Source: Candidatus Marinacidobacterales bacterium (GTDB lineage: Bacteria; Acidobacteriota; Vicinamibacteria; Marinacidobacterales; SMYC01). From it: DNA of 64,000 nucleotides. The stretch spans positions 3,456,001 through 3,520,000 of the forward strand of contig OZ250169.1 of the NCBI GenBank assembly GCA_965237955.1. Direction: 5' to 3'. The position numbers were made by a program, and so were the translations under genes. Shown piece after piece: positions 20,847-31,539 of the stretch (its first letter is position 1; the number at the start of each line of letters is the position of its first letter). The notes beneath the pieces are model-generated. The model had not been told where the DNA came from and did no database searches. It saw only the letters and a list, made by a program, of their open reading frames with translations.

Positions 20847-22574
20847 TTATATCCTCGAGCCCTCGAGAAATGCTTTGAGCTTGCGGCTCCGCGATGGATG
20901 GCGCAGCTTTCTGAGCGCTTTCGTCTCGATTTGCCGGATGCGCTCGCGCGTGACCGCAAAGCTCTGGCCGACTTCTTCGAGCGTGTGCTCGCTTCCGTCG
21001 CCGACGCCGAAGCGCATCTTGATGACTTTCTCTTCTCTCGGTGTCAGCGTCTTGAGGACCGCTTCGGTCATCTCCCTCAAGTTGGTGTTGATGACCTGCT
21101 CCGCCGGCGAGACGACGCCGCGATCTTCGATGAAATCGCCGAGATGGCTGTCCTCTTCTTCTCCGATCGGCGTCTCGAGAGAAATCGGTTCCTGCGCAAT
21201 CTTGAGCACTTTGCGCACCTTCGACACCGGAATGTCCATACGCTTGGCGATCTCCTCGGATGTGGGCTCGCGACCGTACTCTTGCACGAGGCTTCGCGAC
21301 GTCCGGATGAGCTTGTTGATGGTCTCGATCATGTGCACCGGGATGCGGATCGTTCTCGCCTGGTCGGCGATGGCGCGAGTGATCGCTTGTCGAATCCACC
21401 ACGTTGCGTACGTCGAGAACTTGTACCCGCGGCGATACTCGAACTTGTCGACGGCCTTCATGAGGCCGATGTTGCCTTCTTGAATGAGGTCGAGGAACTG
21501 AAGACCACGATTGGTGTACTTTTTAGCGATGGAGACGACGAGACGGAGGTTGGCCTCGACGAGCTCGGTTTTCGCTTGCTGCGCCTGCGCTTCGCCTTCG
21601 CGCACCGTGTAGAGCGTGTGCTTGAGCTCGACCGGCGTCGCTTCGTACTCGTCTTGAAGCGCTCGAAGCTCGGCGCGAGCTTTTCGGATCTCGCTCCGAA
21701 ACCTGGCACGATCTTCGTCCTTTGCCTTGCCGCGGCCTTTGATGCCGTTGAGTTTGGACTCGTATCGCGTGACGCGTCGCTCGAGCTGCCTCACTTGTTC
21801 GACGCCCGATCGGACTCTCTCGCGCATGCGCGAACGGAATCCTTCGGTGAATTTCAAAACGCGCACTTTCTTGGCGACCTCGATGCGAAGCCGCCCGAGC
21901 TTCCATTTCCCCTTGATGTAGCTCCGGGAGCGTTTCTTCAGCTTGGCGAATCGTTTGCCATAGGTGTTGTACGCTTTGAACGCCTTCTCGAGGCTGTCGA
22001 TCGCCCTCACCGTCTTTCGGCGGTGGTTGTCGATCTTGGCTTCGGTGAGCTCTTCTTCATTAACTATGACGATTTCGCGGATGTTGAGCTCGCAGTCTTT
22101 CAGCGGCTGACGAAGCGCCATGACCTCTTTCGCCACGACGATCGTTCTCGTGATCGCGCGAGCCGCCAAGTTCTTGCCGCGCTCGATGCGTTTCGCGATC
22201 ACGACCTCGCCCTCTCGGGTGAGAAGCGGCACCGTCCCCATCTCTCTCAGGTACATGCGTACCGGATCGTTGGTTTTGTCGAGAGCACCGGGAGTGAGGT
22301 CGAGATGGACGCTTCCGCCTTGTTTGCCCATGCCGGTCAGACCGGCGGCCTTCATTTGCTTGTACTTCTCTTCGGATTCGACGACGTCGATACCGGCGTT
22401 GCCGAACACGTCGAAGAGCTCATCCAGCTCCTCCGAAGAGCTGATCTGGGAGGGCAAGTTCTCGTTGACCTCGTCGTAAAGGAGGTAGCCTTTTTCCTTG
22501 CCCAGCGCGATGAGGGTTTTGACCTCGTCGTATTTCTCTTCGATCGCGGGAGTGCTGATCCTGGTCTCCGTCAT
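20847..22574 (-). CDS. rpoD: Primary sigma factor RpoD
   Basis: Region 1.1, [44 protein letters not shown]. Confidence 0.98.
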   Translation of the reverse strand: MTETRISTPAIEEKYDEVKTLIALGKEKGYLLYDEVNENLPSQISSSEELDELFDVFGNAGIDVVESEEKYKQMKAAGLTGMGKQGGSVHLDLTPGALDKTNDPVRMYLREMGTVPLLTREGEVVIAKRIERGKNLAARAITRTIVVAKEVMALRQPLKDCELNIREIVIVNEEELTEAKIDNHRRKTVRAIDSLEKAFKAYNTYGKRFAKLKKRSRSYIKGKWKLGRLRIEVAKKVRVLKFTEGFRSRMRERVRSGVEQVRQLERRVTRYESKLNGIKGRGKAKDEDRARFRSEIRKARAELRALQDEYEATPVELKHTLYTVREGEAQAQQAKTELVEANLRLVVSIAKKYTNRGLQFLDLIQEGNIGLMKAVDKFEYRRGYKFSTYATWWIRQAITRAIADQARTIRIPVHMIETINKLIRTSRSLVQEYGREPTSEEIAKRMDIPVSKVRKVLKIAQEPISLETPIGEEEDSHLGDFIEDRGVVSPAEQVINTNLREMTEAVLKTLTPREEKVIKMRFGVGDGSEHTLEEVGQSFAVTRERIRQIETKALRKLRHPSRSRKLKAFLEGSRI

Positions 22575-24325
22575 GCTCTCGTCTCTACTCTTCCCAGCGT
22601 TTCGATGCGCCGAGCCAATGACAGGATCTCGGCGGTTAGGTTGTCGTCATCCGCGCCCTGGGCCAGTTCGGCCGTCAGGCGCGATAGTCGTCGTTTGAGG
22701 CGCTCTTTGCGAAGCCCGTTCAGGCAATCGCGAGCGCTTTGTCGGGGTCCCAGCGGTGAAGGCTCCGTCATGATGCGCGTCAGGTGATTCCTGAGCGCGT
22801 CCGGCTCGAGCCGGTCGAGGAGCCTGTCGGTACTGAGCGTTCCCGTTACTTTTTCTTCCTTCATTGCCCTTACAAGCGGGGCAGTCGTGAGCCCTTCCAG
22901 ATCCTCCTCCTCGATCTCGTCGAGGATGGCAGAGTCCTCCGGACTCGAAAGAATCCATCGAATGAGCTCCCGCTCCGCCAGCTTGACTGGCGGCGCCTCG
23001 ACCGCGGGCAGCTTGAACCGTGGGGCTTTCGTCTCGACGTGACGCCTTAGCTCATCCAGGACGGCTCCGTCCGTGATACCGGCGTACTCCGCGAGGGGGC
23101 CTACATAGCCAATTCGCTCCACTCGGTTCGGAATCTTTCCTATTACCGGCAAGACGTCATCCAAGAATGCCGCCTTGCCCCTCGGGTCCCCCACATCGTA
23201 GCGCTTCGAGGCTTCCCGGATCAAGAAGGCTACGAAAGAGCTCGCCTCGGATACCAGCTTCTGGTAGCGCTCCGCCCCCTCGGCCCGGACGAAGTTGTCG
23301 GGGTCGAGCCCGTCGGGGAGGATGAGGACGCGGACGTCGAAACCCTCCTCTAGAAGAAGGTCGATGCTTCTGCGTGCCGCCCGCATGCCGGCATCGTCGG
23401 GGTCGAAGTTCACGACGATCTTGTCGGTGTAGCGTTTCAGTAGCCGGGCGTGCCCGGAAGTGAGACTCGTCCCGCAGCAAGCCACCGCCTCGCCGATGCC
23501 GGCCTGATAGACCTGCAAGCAGTCCATGTAGCCTTCCATCAGGATCGCGGAGCCTTTCTTGCGGATGGCATCTTTGGCGCGGTGGAAACCGTACAGGACG
23601 GTGCTCTTGTGATAGATGGCGCTCTCGGGCGAGTTCAGATATTTGGGCTCACCGTCGCCGAGGATACGGCCGCCGAAAGCAATGGTACGCCCCATCTCGG
23701 AAGCGATCGGGATCATCACCCGGTTCCGGAAGCGGTCGTAGTGGCCCTGACCGCCCTTGCGGGGGATGGCCAATCCCGCCCGTTCGATGAGCTCCGCCCG
23801 GGCGCCTTTTCTGGTCAAGTGATCGAGCAGCGACGACCATTTGTCCGGGGCGAAACCGATGCCATAGTCGCGGATGGTCTCGTCGGTGAAATCTCTCTTT
23901 CTCAAGTACGCGATGGCGCGCGCGCCTTCGGGGGAGTGGTGGAGCCGCTCCTGATAAAACTTCGCCGCCTCGTCATGGATGCGGAGCAGAACCGAACGCT
24001 CCTTGTCTTCCTTTTGCGCCGGACCCGATCGCCTGGGCACTTGGAGGCCGGCGCGTCCCGCGAGCTGTTCGACGGATTCGACGAACGAAAGCTTGTCGTA
24101 GAGCATCAGGAACTTGAACGCGTCGCCGCCTTCGTTGCACCCGAAGCAGTGAAAGATTTTCCGCTCGGGGTTCACGTGGAACGAAGGTGTCTTCTCGTTG
24201 TGGAACGGGCACAAGCCTTTGAAGCTCTTTCCCGATGCTTTGAGAGGAACGTATCCCGAGACGACATTGACGATATCGGTCGAAGAGCGAACCAGCTCGA
24301 CGAAGTCCTGCGGGATTCCCGCCAT
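22571..24325 (-). CDS. dnaG: DNA primase
   Basis: [11 protein letters not shown] zinc finger, KYLNSPE, EGYMD, FDPDDAG TOPRIM motifs. Confidence 0.97.
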   Translation of the reverse strand: MAGIPQDFVELVRSSTDIVNVVSGYVPLKASGKSFKGLCPFHNEKTPSFHVNPERKIFHCFGCNEGGDAFKFLMLYDKLSFVESVEQLAGRAGLQVPRRSGPAQKEDKERSVLLRIHDEAAKFYQERLHHSPEGARAIAYLRKRDFTDETIRDYGIGFAPDKWSSLLDHLTRKGARAELIERAGLAIPRKGGQGHYDRFRNRVMIPIASEMGRTIAFGGRILGDGEPKYLNSPESAIYHKSTVLYGFHRAKDAIRKKGSAILMEGYMDCLQVYQAGIGEAVACCGTSLTSGHARLLKRYTDKIVVNFDPDDAGMRAARRSIDLLLEEGFDVRVLILPDGLDPDNFVRAEGAERYQKLVSEASSFVAFLIREASKRYDVGDPRGKAAFLDDVLPVIGKIPNRVERIGYVGPLAEYAGITDGAVLDELRRHVETKAPRFKLPAVEAPPVKLAERELIRWILSSPEDSAILDEIEEEDLEGLTTAPLVRAMKEEKVTGTLSTDRLLDRLEPDALRNHLTRIMTEPSPLGPRQSARDCLNGLRKERLKRRLSRLTAELAQGADDDNLTAEILSLARRIETLGRVETRA

Positions 24326-26673
24326 TAGTCCTTCAGCTCCACCACGGTGACGCCGCCACGGTTCTCGCTCTTTTGGTTCGCTACCTGAGCGTGTCCGGTG
24401 AGCCATTCTCTGAGAGCGGATTTCAATCGCCCGGTGCCGTGGCCGTGGATGAGCCGCACTTCGCGGTGCTCGCTCAAAAAAGCGTCGTCGAGAAACTTGT
24501 CCGCCCGTTCGAGGGCTTCTTCGACGGTGCACCCGATGAGGTTGAGCTCGTTCGGAACTTCTTTGAGCGTGAGCCCGTAGCTCGGATTCGACACCGGCCC
24601 CGATGATGGTGCCGTTGGGGCGCGCTCCGGCAGTGGCTCCAGGCTTTCGACGGGAAGTCGAAGTTTCTTGTCGCGGACGCGCACCTCGGCTTCGCCGCCT
24701 GCGACGAGCCGAATAATCTCGCCTTCCATGCCGAACGAGGCTACCAGAACCCGCATTCCCGGTTCGAGTCGGTCCGGGAGGATCGCGTCTTTCGGGGGAG
24801 CTTTCGCGAGAAGCGGCGCCGCTACTTCCTCGAGCTTTGAAGAAAGCTTGTTCTCGAGCTCGGTGAGGCGTGTGCTCTGTTCGGTGCGCGCGCGTTTTGC
24901 TTCGGCGACGAGCTCCCGGAGCTCCCCGCGGGTTTTCTCGAGCTCCTCCTCGAGCGATTCGCGAAAACTGTCGAGTTGTTTGCGGCGTTCGATACGTCCT
25001 TCGTCTTCTTCGACTTCGATACGGGCGCGCGCCGCCGATGCCGCGCGCCGCTCCTTCGCGATCTGTTCTTTGGCTTTTTCGAGCTCGGCGCTTTCGGCTT
25101 CCAACCGTTCGACGAGCTCTCCGACCTGGCGCTCCTGCTCGTTTTGGAGCTCGCGCGCCCGCGCCACGATCGGTTTGGGAAGCCCGAGACGCTCGGCCAT
25201 CTCGAACGCAAGGCTCCGTCCCGAAGCACCGTCGACAATCTCGTACGTGGGCTCATACGTTTTTGGATCGAATTGGAACGAGGCCGGGTCGATACCGTCG
25301 GTCGTGCTCGCGTACGCCTTGAGAAGTCCATGGTGTGTCGATGCGATCACGAGCGCGCCTCGCTCGAGAAAATGCTCGACGAGAGCGGTCCCGAGTGCTC
25401 CACCTTCAGCCGGGTCGGTGCCGGTTCCCACTTCGTCGAGAATGACGAGGGCCGGAAGCTCGAGCTCGCGCTCCATGGCCACGACCTTGGCGAGGTGCGC
25501 CGAGAACGTCGACAAGTTGGATGCGATCGACTGGTCATCGCCGATGTCGGCGAAGATAGAACGGAACACGGGAAACGAGCTATCGGATGAGGCGGGCACA
25601 TGAAGACCCGCCTGGGCCATGAGACTCAAGAGTCCGGCCGTTTTCAGAGCAACGGTTTTGCCACCGGTGTTCGGTCCGGTGAACACGAGGCCTCGACGTC
25701 CGGCCGACAGATGAAAACTGATTGGAACCGCGTTCTCGAGCAGCGGATGGCGCGCGTCGACCAATCGAAGTTGAGATGCGGCGATTCCGGGCGCGTGGCC
25801 GCGTTGTTGGGCGGAAAGGCGCCCTTTCGCCTGGACGAGATCGATTTCGGTCACGATGAGACTGGCTTCAGAAAGCTCCGGTCGCGACGGACGGATCTTG
25901 GTCGTGACAGCCGCGAGAATCCGGCGCACTTCCTCGTTCTCTTGATCTTGGACGGACGCAATCTCGTTTCCGATCTCGACTCCGGCCATGGGCTCGACGA
26001 AAAGAGTCGCGCCGCTCGCTGACGAACCGTGGACGATGCCGGGGAACTTGGATTTACATTCGGCCTTGATGGGAACGACCGGGCGTCCGTTTCTCGTGGT
26101 GACGATGGCCTCTTGCAGGATCTTGGCGTTGTCGCGCGAGGCGAGCGTCGAATCCAACAGTTTTTGAAGCCGCTTTTTCAGCCGGGCGTTTTTCGCGCGC
26201 AGCTTGGCGAGCTTGTCGCTCGCGTTGTCGCGAACTTCTCCTTCGTCGACGTCAATGAGGATGACGCGCTTGATGTCCGATTGAAGCGTTTCGAGCGTAG
26301 GGATGTTTCCCGCGAGCTCGGCGAGGCGAGGCGTTTCATCGTTACATTGGCCGAGGTTCTTGCGCACACGGTTGGCTGTTGCGGCGAACATGGCGAGCGC
26401 GACGAGATCGTCGACGCCCAAGACGCGGCCTTCGATTCGGAGAAGATCCAGCGCCGGCTCGACGTCGGGAAGACCCGCTAGAGAGACGGTGTCGCTCTCA
26501 TCGTGCAAGCGCCGCGCTTCGGAGGTCGCCTCGAGGTCTTCGCTAACGCTTCCCGGGTCGGTCGAGGCCACGAGAGCGAGAGCTTTGGCCTTTCCCGGCT
26601 CGCTCTCGGCACATTTGGCGAGAGCTTCGCGGATGCTATCGAACTCGAGTACGGCGTATGCGCTTTCGTTCAT
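24325..26673 (-). CDS. mutS2: MutS2 with Smr domain
   Basis: SASGATLFVEP, GPNTGGKT, DIGDDQSI, LDEVGTGTDP, IHGHGTG. Confidence 0.95.
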   Translation of the reverse strand: MNESAYAVLEFDSIREALAKCAESEPGKAKALALVASTDPGSVSEDLEATSEARRLHDESDTVSLAGLPDVEPALDLLRIEGRVLGVDDLVALAMFAATANRVRKNLGQCNDETPRLAELAGNIPTLETLQSDIKRVILIDVDEGEVRDNASDKLAKLRAKNARLKKRLQKLLDSTLASRDNAKILQEAIVTTRNGRPVVPIKAECKSKFPGIVHGSSASGATLFVEPMAGVEIGNEIASVQDQENEEVRRILAAVTTKIRPSRPELSEASLIVTEIDLVQAKGRLSAQQRGHAPGIAASQLRLVDARHPLLENAVPISFHLSAGRRGLVFTGPNTGGKTVALKTAGLLSLMAQAGLHVPASSDSSFPVFRSIFADIGDDQSIASNLSTFSAHLAKVVAMERELELPALVILDEVGTGTDPAEGGALGTALVEHFLERGALVIASTHHGLLKAYASTTDGIDPASFQFDPKTYEPTYEIVDGASGRSLAFEMAERLGLPKPIVARARELQNEQERQVGELVERLEAESAELEKAKEQIAKERRAASAARARIEVEEDEGRIERRKQLDSFRESLEEELEKTRGELRELVAEAKRARTEQSTRLTELENKLSSKLEEVAAPLLAKAPPKDAILPDRLEPGMRVLVASFGMEGEIIRLVAGGEAEVRVRDKKLRLPVESLEPLPERAPTAPSSGPVSNPSYGLTLKEVPNELNLIGCTVEEALERADKFLDDAFLSEHREVRLIHGHGTGRLKSALREWLTGHAQVANQKSENRGGVTVVELKD

Positions 26674-26826
26674 CGGCCATGGGCTCGGGAAGTCCCCTCG
26701 AAATGAACGAGGTGTATTGTTGTCAACGGTTTACAGTGACACCCCACCCGCCTCAAAGCAGGTCGAACCCGATCGTTTGAATTTACCACGCTGAGCTTCC
26801 AGCCGCCAGTTGTGCGCTTTCGATGC

Positions 26827-26914
26827 GCCATCAGGGCATCGGCCGTCACCGATCGGCTTTGCCCTGCTGGTCCGTCTCGTTCCTGCTGATGGCCGATGGC
26901 CGATGGCCGATGGC
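26827..26914. repeat. Inverted heptamer (GCCATCR)n element
   Basis: Degenerate GCCATCA/G array facing GCTGATGGCCGATGGCCGATGGCCGATGGC. Confidence 0.75.
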
Positions 26915-27655
26915 GGCTCGACAAAAAATCCCCACCATGTAACCCGCGCCAAACCCGTTGTCGATATTCACGACCGCAACACCTGGCGAGCATCCGTTCA
27001 GCATCGCGAGAAGCGCCGAGAGGCCTTGGAACGACGCGCCGTAGCCGACGCTCGTGGGGACGGCGATGACGGGTGCGTCGGTCAGCCCGGAGACGACGCT
27101 CGGAAGGGCGCCGTCCATACCGGCGACGACTACGAGCACATCCGAGTCCGTCAATGCTTTCTGATGGGCGAGCAGGCGATGGAGCCCGGCCACGCCGACG
27201 TCGAACACCCGCTCGACGTTGACGCCCATGAGCTCAGCCGTGAGAGCTGCTTCCTCCGCGACGCCGATGTCCGACGTGCCCGCGGACAAAATCGCCGCGC
27301 TACCGTTTCGCTCTGCCGGAAGCTCACCGACGATGATCGCACGCGCATCGGCCCTCCAGTGCGCGCCGGTCGTTTTCGCGGCGACCGCTTCGAAGGCTTC
27401 CTTCGTCGTCTTCGTCACGAGGACCGGTTGCCCGGCGTGCGCGAGCCGTTGCGCGATCTCGGCGATTTGTTCGGGGGTTTTCCCCGGACCGAACACGACT
27501 TCGGGAAAACCGCGACGGAGCGCTCGATGGTGATCGACTTTGGCGAACCCGAGATCTTCGAAGCCCAAGACCCGGAGCTTCTCGGTCGCCTCGTCGGCGG
27601 TGACCTCGCCGCGCTCGACGTCTTTCAGGATCTCGCGCAGACGCTCGGGGCTCAT
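26846..27655 (-). CDS. larB: LarB-like (PurE-related) nickel-pincer cofactor biosynthesis protein
   Basis: FAKVDHHRALRRGFPEVVF, AGTSD, DVGVAGLHRL, PTSVGYG, VVNIDNGFGA. Confidence 0.93.
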   Translation of the reverse strand: MSPERLREILKDVERGEVTADEATEKLRVLGFEDLGFAKVDHHRALRRGFPEVVFGPGKTPEQIAEIAQRLAHAGQPVLVTKTTKEAFEAVAAKTTGAHWRADARAIIVGELPAERNGSAAILSAGTSDIGVAEEAALTAELMGVNVERVFDVGVAGLHRLLAHQKALTDSDVLVVVAGMDGALPSVVSGLTDAPVIAVPTSVGYGASFQGLSALLAMLNGCSPGVAVVNIDNGFGAGYMVGIFCRAAIGHRPSAISRNETDQQGKADR

Positions 27656-28971
27656 GGCGGTGAGTTTAGTCCAATGAAGGCTCTGAGCGCGCCCCGCTCC
27701 CGCCACGCGCTCCCCATCGCGAGCACGAAGAACGGAACGTACTCGAGGAGCTTCACCCAAATGACGTCTTCCCACGGTTGTCCCGGCGTCGCGAGGTACG
27801 CGGAGTGATACGCGAGGGCCACGCTCAACGTGAGGTAGAGCCAGGCCGGGCTCGCGTAGATCGCGAGGAATGGCGCGATCCACAGGAGATACCAGGGATG
27901 CACCGTCGTCGTCAGGAGGAGAATGGCGCCGAGCGTCAGGTACGAGCTTCGCAGTGGATTCGCTTTCATCGCCACGAGGACGAGGACCATGGTGACGAGA
28001 AACGCGCCTATTACAATCTTCGCGGTGTCGAGAGAGCCGGTCACGTAATAAAGGATGTGGAACAGACCGTCGTTGCCGCGCCACCGCAATCCATACTGTG
28101 TCAGGCCGCGGAAGGCGAGGCTTCCTGCACTTGCGTAGGGCAACGCGAGCAAAACCGACACGAGTGGCATCACGAACAGCGCACGGACGCTGAGCGATCG
28201 AAGCCAAAGCGGCGTCAAGGTAAACCCCACGATCTTGCCCATCCCGGATAGCGTCAACAGGAATATCGACAAAGATTGACGGTTGTGCACGATCGCGGAG
28301 AGCGCGGCCATCAGACAGAGTACGGCCAGCGCGTCGTTGTGACCGCTACCGGCCACCTCGACGATGACCAGGGGGCTCCATGCATAAATCAGGGCCCGGA
28401 CGGGATTGAGCCCCAACGCACCCAGTAGCTGCATCAGGACGAACACCAAAGCGAGGTCGGCGAGGACGAAAAATAGTTTCATCCACGCGACGCTCGTCGA
28501 CACCGCTGTGGCGGCGAAAAACGCGATCTGCATGAAGGGCGGGTAGATGGTTGGAATATCCTTGTTGTTGATGCGGGCGAAGTTGCGCTCGTGCCCATCC
28601 CGGAGAAATGCGAGCTCTTGCTCCTCGGGTGCATAGAGGTAGGGGTTGATCCCGGCGTGTTGGACCCGGCCGTCCCAAACGTAGCGAAAGATGTCGTCTG
28701 AGAGAAGCGGCTCGGTCGAGAGAAACGGCACGCGTAAGACCACCGCGACGAGGATGACGAGTCTGCGACGGGCGCGCGTGTCCGATGGGTCGGCCACGGC
28801 GTAATAACTCGCGACGAGCCAGGTCGCGCCCATGGCGAAATACGAAGCGAGGTAAAGAGGGTATGTCGTTTCACGATCGACGACCCGAGCCGCGAGAACG
28901 GCGAACAAAAGCTCGACGAGACCCAAGGTGGCGAGAATGGCTGTGCCACGAGAAAGTGTGGTGATCTTCAT
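27652..28971 (-). CDS. GT-C fold membrane glycosyltransferase (GT87/DUF2029-like)
   Basis: LSDDIFRYVWDG, GINPY, TIYPP, YAWSPL..E.AGSGHND, VHPWY; multiple TM helices. Confidence 0.85.
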   Translation of the reverse strand: MKITTLSRGTAILATLGLVELLFAVLAARVVDRETTYPLYLASYFAMGATWLVASYYAVADPSDTRARRRLVILVAVVLRVPFLSTEPLLSDDIFRYVWDGRVQHAGINPYLYAPEEQELAFLRDGHERNFARINNKDIPTIYPPFMQIAFFAATAVSTSVAWMKLFFVLADLALVFVLMQLLGALGLNPVRALIYAWSPLVIVEVAGSGHNDALAVLCLMAALSAIVHNRQSLSIFLLTLSGMGKIVGFTLTPLWLRSLSVRALFVMPLVSVLLALPYASAGSLAFRGLTQYGLRWRGNDGLFHILYYVTGSLDTAKIVIGAFLVTMVLVLVAMKANPLRSSYLTLGAILLLTTTVHPWYLLWIAPFLAIYASPAWLYLTLSVALAYHSAYLATPGQPWEDVIWVKLLEYVPFFVLAMGSAWRERGALRAFIGLNSPP

Positions 28972-29003
28972 TTGGGCCTTGTGAAAAGACAGTCTACGAT
29001 ACG

Positions 29004-30536
29004 ATGATGGTCGGAATGGACACGCTTCTGCTCACCGCCTATTTCGCGGTCCTGCTCGCTCTCGCCGTGCTCGGGATGCATCGCTACCTGATGGTGTTCC
29101 TCTACTACCGTTATCGGCATCGTCGGCCGGTCCCGGGTGCTCGCTTCGATATTAGCGGGGAGCTCCCCCGAGTCACCGTCCAGCTACCCGTGTACAACGA
29201 ATTGTACGTGGTCGAGCGGCTCATCGATGCCGTCAGCGCGCTCGACTATCCCCGAGACCGGCTCGAGATCCAGGTGCTCGACGATTCGACCGATGAAACC
29301 GCGGACGTGGCGCGCCGGAGATGCGAGCACCATCGTGAGCGAGGCGTCGACATCCACTACCTTGACCGAGAAGACCGCACTGGCTTCAAGGCTGGTGCAT
29401 TAGCCGCGGGGCTCGAGACGGCGAGCGGTGAGCTCATCGCGATCTTCGATGCTGATTTCGTTCCCGGAGAATCGTTTCTGCAGGACACGGTCCACTATTT
29501 CACCGACGATGACGTCGGCATGGTGCAAGCTCGTTGGGGACATCTGAATCGCGACTACTCGCTGCTCACGCGGGTACAGACGATTTTGCTCGATGCGCAC
29601 TTCGTCTTGGAGCACGGCGGGCGGAATCGCTCGCGGTGCTTTTTCAATTTCAACGGAACCGCGGGCGTGTGGCGCCGCGAGGCGATCGATACGGCAGGAG
29701 GCTGGCAGCACGATACGCTCACCGAAGATATGGACCTCTCGTATCGGGCGCAGCTTCGCGGATGGCGTTTCGTGTTCCTCCCCGACGTCGTGGCCCCGGC
29801 CGAGATTCCAGTGGCGATGAACGCGTTCAAAAGCCAGCAGCACCGCTGGTCCAAGGGATCGATTCAAACGGCGAGGAAGCTCCTTCCCAAGATACTGGCG
29901 AGTCCGCTACCGCTTCGCGTCAAGATCGAAGCGGTTTTCCACTTGTCGGCGAATCTCGCGTACCCGTTGATGGTGGCGTTGTCGCTTCTGATATTCCCGA
30001 GCCTGCTCGTGCGGTTCAACATGGGCTGGCACGAGATGCTGCTGTTCGACGTTCCGCTGTTTTTCGCGGCAACGATGTCGGTCACGAGCTTCTATGTCGT
30101 GTCCCAGCGTGAGATTTACCGCGACTGGAGGAGGCGTCTGAAAGTGCTGCCGATGCTGTTCTCGCTCGGAATCGGCATGTGCCTCAATAACGCCAAGGCG
30201 GTGATGGAAGCCCTCCTGGGCAAGGAGTCCGGCTTCGTGCGCACGCCGAAATATCGGATCGAGTCGACCGAAGACAGCTGGCAGATCAAGCGATACCGCG
30301 GCCGGAAGAGCTACTTGCCCTACGTCGAGCTCGCCCTCGGCTTCTATTTCACCGCCACCGTGGCCTACGCGGTGGTGAACCAAATCTACGGCTCGATACC
30401 CTTTTTGGTGCTGTTCCAAGTAGGTTTTCTGTACACGGGCGCGCTTTCCCTGTTGGAGAATCGGGAGTCTAGGGAACGCCGCGTGGCTTTCACCATCCAG
30501 CATTCAGCATCCAGCATCCAGCCGACCCGTTCTTAG
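29004..30536 (+). CDS. Processive GT2 glycosyltransferase (cellulose-synthase-like)
   Basis: VQLPVYNE, LDDSTD, KAGAL, FDADF, TEDMD, QQHRW motifs. Confidence 0.92.
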   Translation: MMVGMDTLLLTAYFAVLLALAVLGMHRYLMVFLYYRYRHRRPVPGARFDISGELPRVTVQLPVYNELYVVERLIDAVSALDYPRDRLEIQVLDDSTDETADVARRRCEHHRERGVDIHYLDREDRTGFKAGALAAGLETASGELIAIFDADFVPGESFLQDTVHYFTDDDVGMVQARWGHLNRDYSLLTRVQTILLDAHFVLEHGGRNRSRCFFNFNGTAGVWRREAIDTAGGWQHDTLTEDMDLSYRAQLRGWRFVFLPDVVAPAEIPVAMNAFKSQQHRWSKGSIQTARKLLPKILASPLPLRVKIEAVFHLSANLAYPLMVALSLLIFPSLLVRFNMGWHEMLLFDVPLFFAATMSVTSFYVVSQREIYRDWRRRLKVLPMLFSLGIGMCLNNAKAVMEALLGKESGFVRTPKYRIESTEDSWQIKRYRGRKSYLPYVELALGFYFTATVAYAVVNQIYGSIPFLVLFQVGFLYTGALSLLENRESRERRVAFTIQHSASSIQPTRS

Positions 30537-30638
30537 GGAGAGCGACCTGACATACCGGCTCGCCCCCAACCTTGCACCTCAGGCCTTCTAACCGGCATCT
30601 GCGTTGGATCGACTGAAACCTGGATGCTGGATGCTGGA
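30494..30638. repeat. Inverted heptamer (CATCCAG)n element
   Basis: CATCCAG x4 at 30494-30521; CTGGATG x2-3 at 30620-30638. Confidence 0.75.
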
Positions 30639-30656
30639 CTGAGGTACACTCCGCTC

Positions 30657-31256
30657 GTGAATCGGGACCTCGTTTTCTTCGTCGCGGGACTGTGTTTCGG
30701 CATCGTCGCGGGTTTTTTCGTGTTCCGCGCGGTCGTAGCGCCGGACGCCGCAACAGGTGTCGCATCAGCCCCGTCGAGCCCCGATCGCTCTCAAATCGGT
30801 CTCGAAAGCGAGTCTCGAAACAAACCTCTCGACAGGGACGAGGTCGAAAGGCTCGAAGCAAGCGCGAAGCAGAATCCGAACGATGCCGCCGTCCGCGCCG
30901 AGCTTGGAAGTCTGTACATGGACGCGGGTCGCTACGACGATGCCGCCGCGTGGCTTGCGAGCGCTCTCGAGCTCGAGCCTCGAAACCTGCACGCGCGCAA
31001 TCATCTCGCTTCGTCCTTGCTCAACCTGGGACGTCTGAACGATGCGGTAGCGACGTATGAGGAGACACTTCGTCTCGAGCCTGAGCATCCGGCAAGCCTC
31101 CTCGGGCTCGGCCGCGTGAGGCTCTACGTTCAGCAGGACATCGACGGCGGCTTGGCCATGTGGGAGAGACTCATCGCGGTGGCGCCGAGCTCGACGGAAG
31201 CTCAAAGCGTTCGCGACGAGCTCGAGGCGCTCAAGTCGGCGCATCCCGGGAGTTGA
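30657..31256 (+). CDS. Membrane-anchored TPR protein
   Basis: N-terminal TM helix, then TPR-like repeats (ELGSLY..AG.YDDA..L). Confidence 0.85.
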   Translation: MNRDLVFFVAGLCFGIVAGFFVFRAVVAPDAATGVASAPSSPDRSQIGLESESRNKPLDRDEVERLEASAKQNPNDAAVRAELGSLYMDAGRYDDAAAWLASALELEPRNLHARNHLASSLLNLGRLNDAVATYEETLRLEPEHPASLLGLGRVRLYVQQDIDGGLAMWERLIAVAPSSTEAQSVRDELEALKSAHPGS

Positions 31257-31259
31257 CGC

Positions 31260-31535
31260 GTGAGCCGCTTTCTCTATTTCCTGTTGCTCTTGTTCCTGGC
31301 GCGTCTTCTGTGGAATGCCGTTTCCGGCTTGCTCGCGGGAGAGGCGCGCCGCCAAATGGGCGCGAGGGGACGAGAGGAGCGCGCTCCGCATACGATCCAC
31401 AAAGGCCTGATGGTGCGCGATCCCGTCTGCGGGCTGCACCTTCCCGAGAACCGCGCGATCACCGAGGTCCTCGCGGGCGAGTGTTATCACTTCTGTTCCG
31501 AGCGTTGCCGCCAGAGTTTTTTGAAGGCCAGCTAG
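31260..31535 (+). CDS. YHS/TRASH-domain membrane protein
   Basis: TM helix plus RDPVCG...YHFCSERC. Confidence 0.85.
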   Translation: MSRFLYFLLLLFLARLLWNAVSGLLAGEARRQMGARGREERAPHTIHKGLMVRDPVCGLHLPENRAITEVLAGECYHFCSERCRQSFLKAS

Positions 31536-31539
31536 GATC

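Noticed and set aside
20778-22787. 669-aa ORF on the + strand
   Set aside because: Antisense shadow of rpoD; such shadows are common in GC-rich coding DNA
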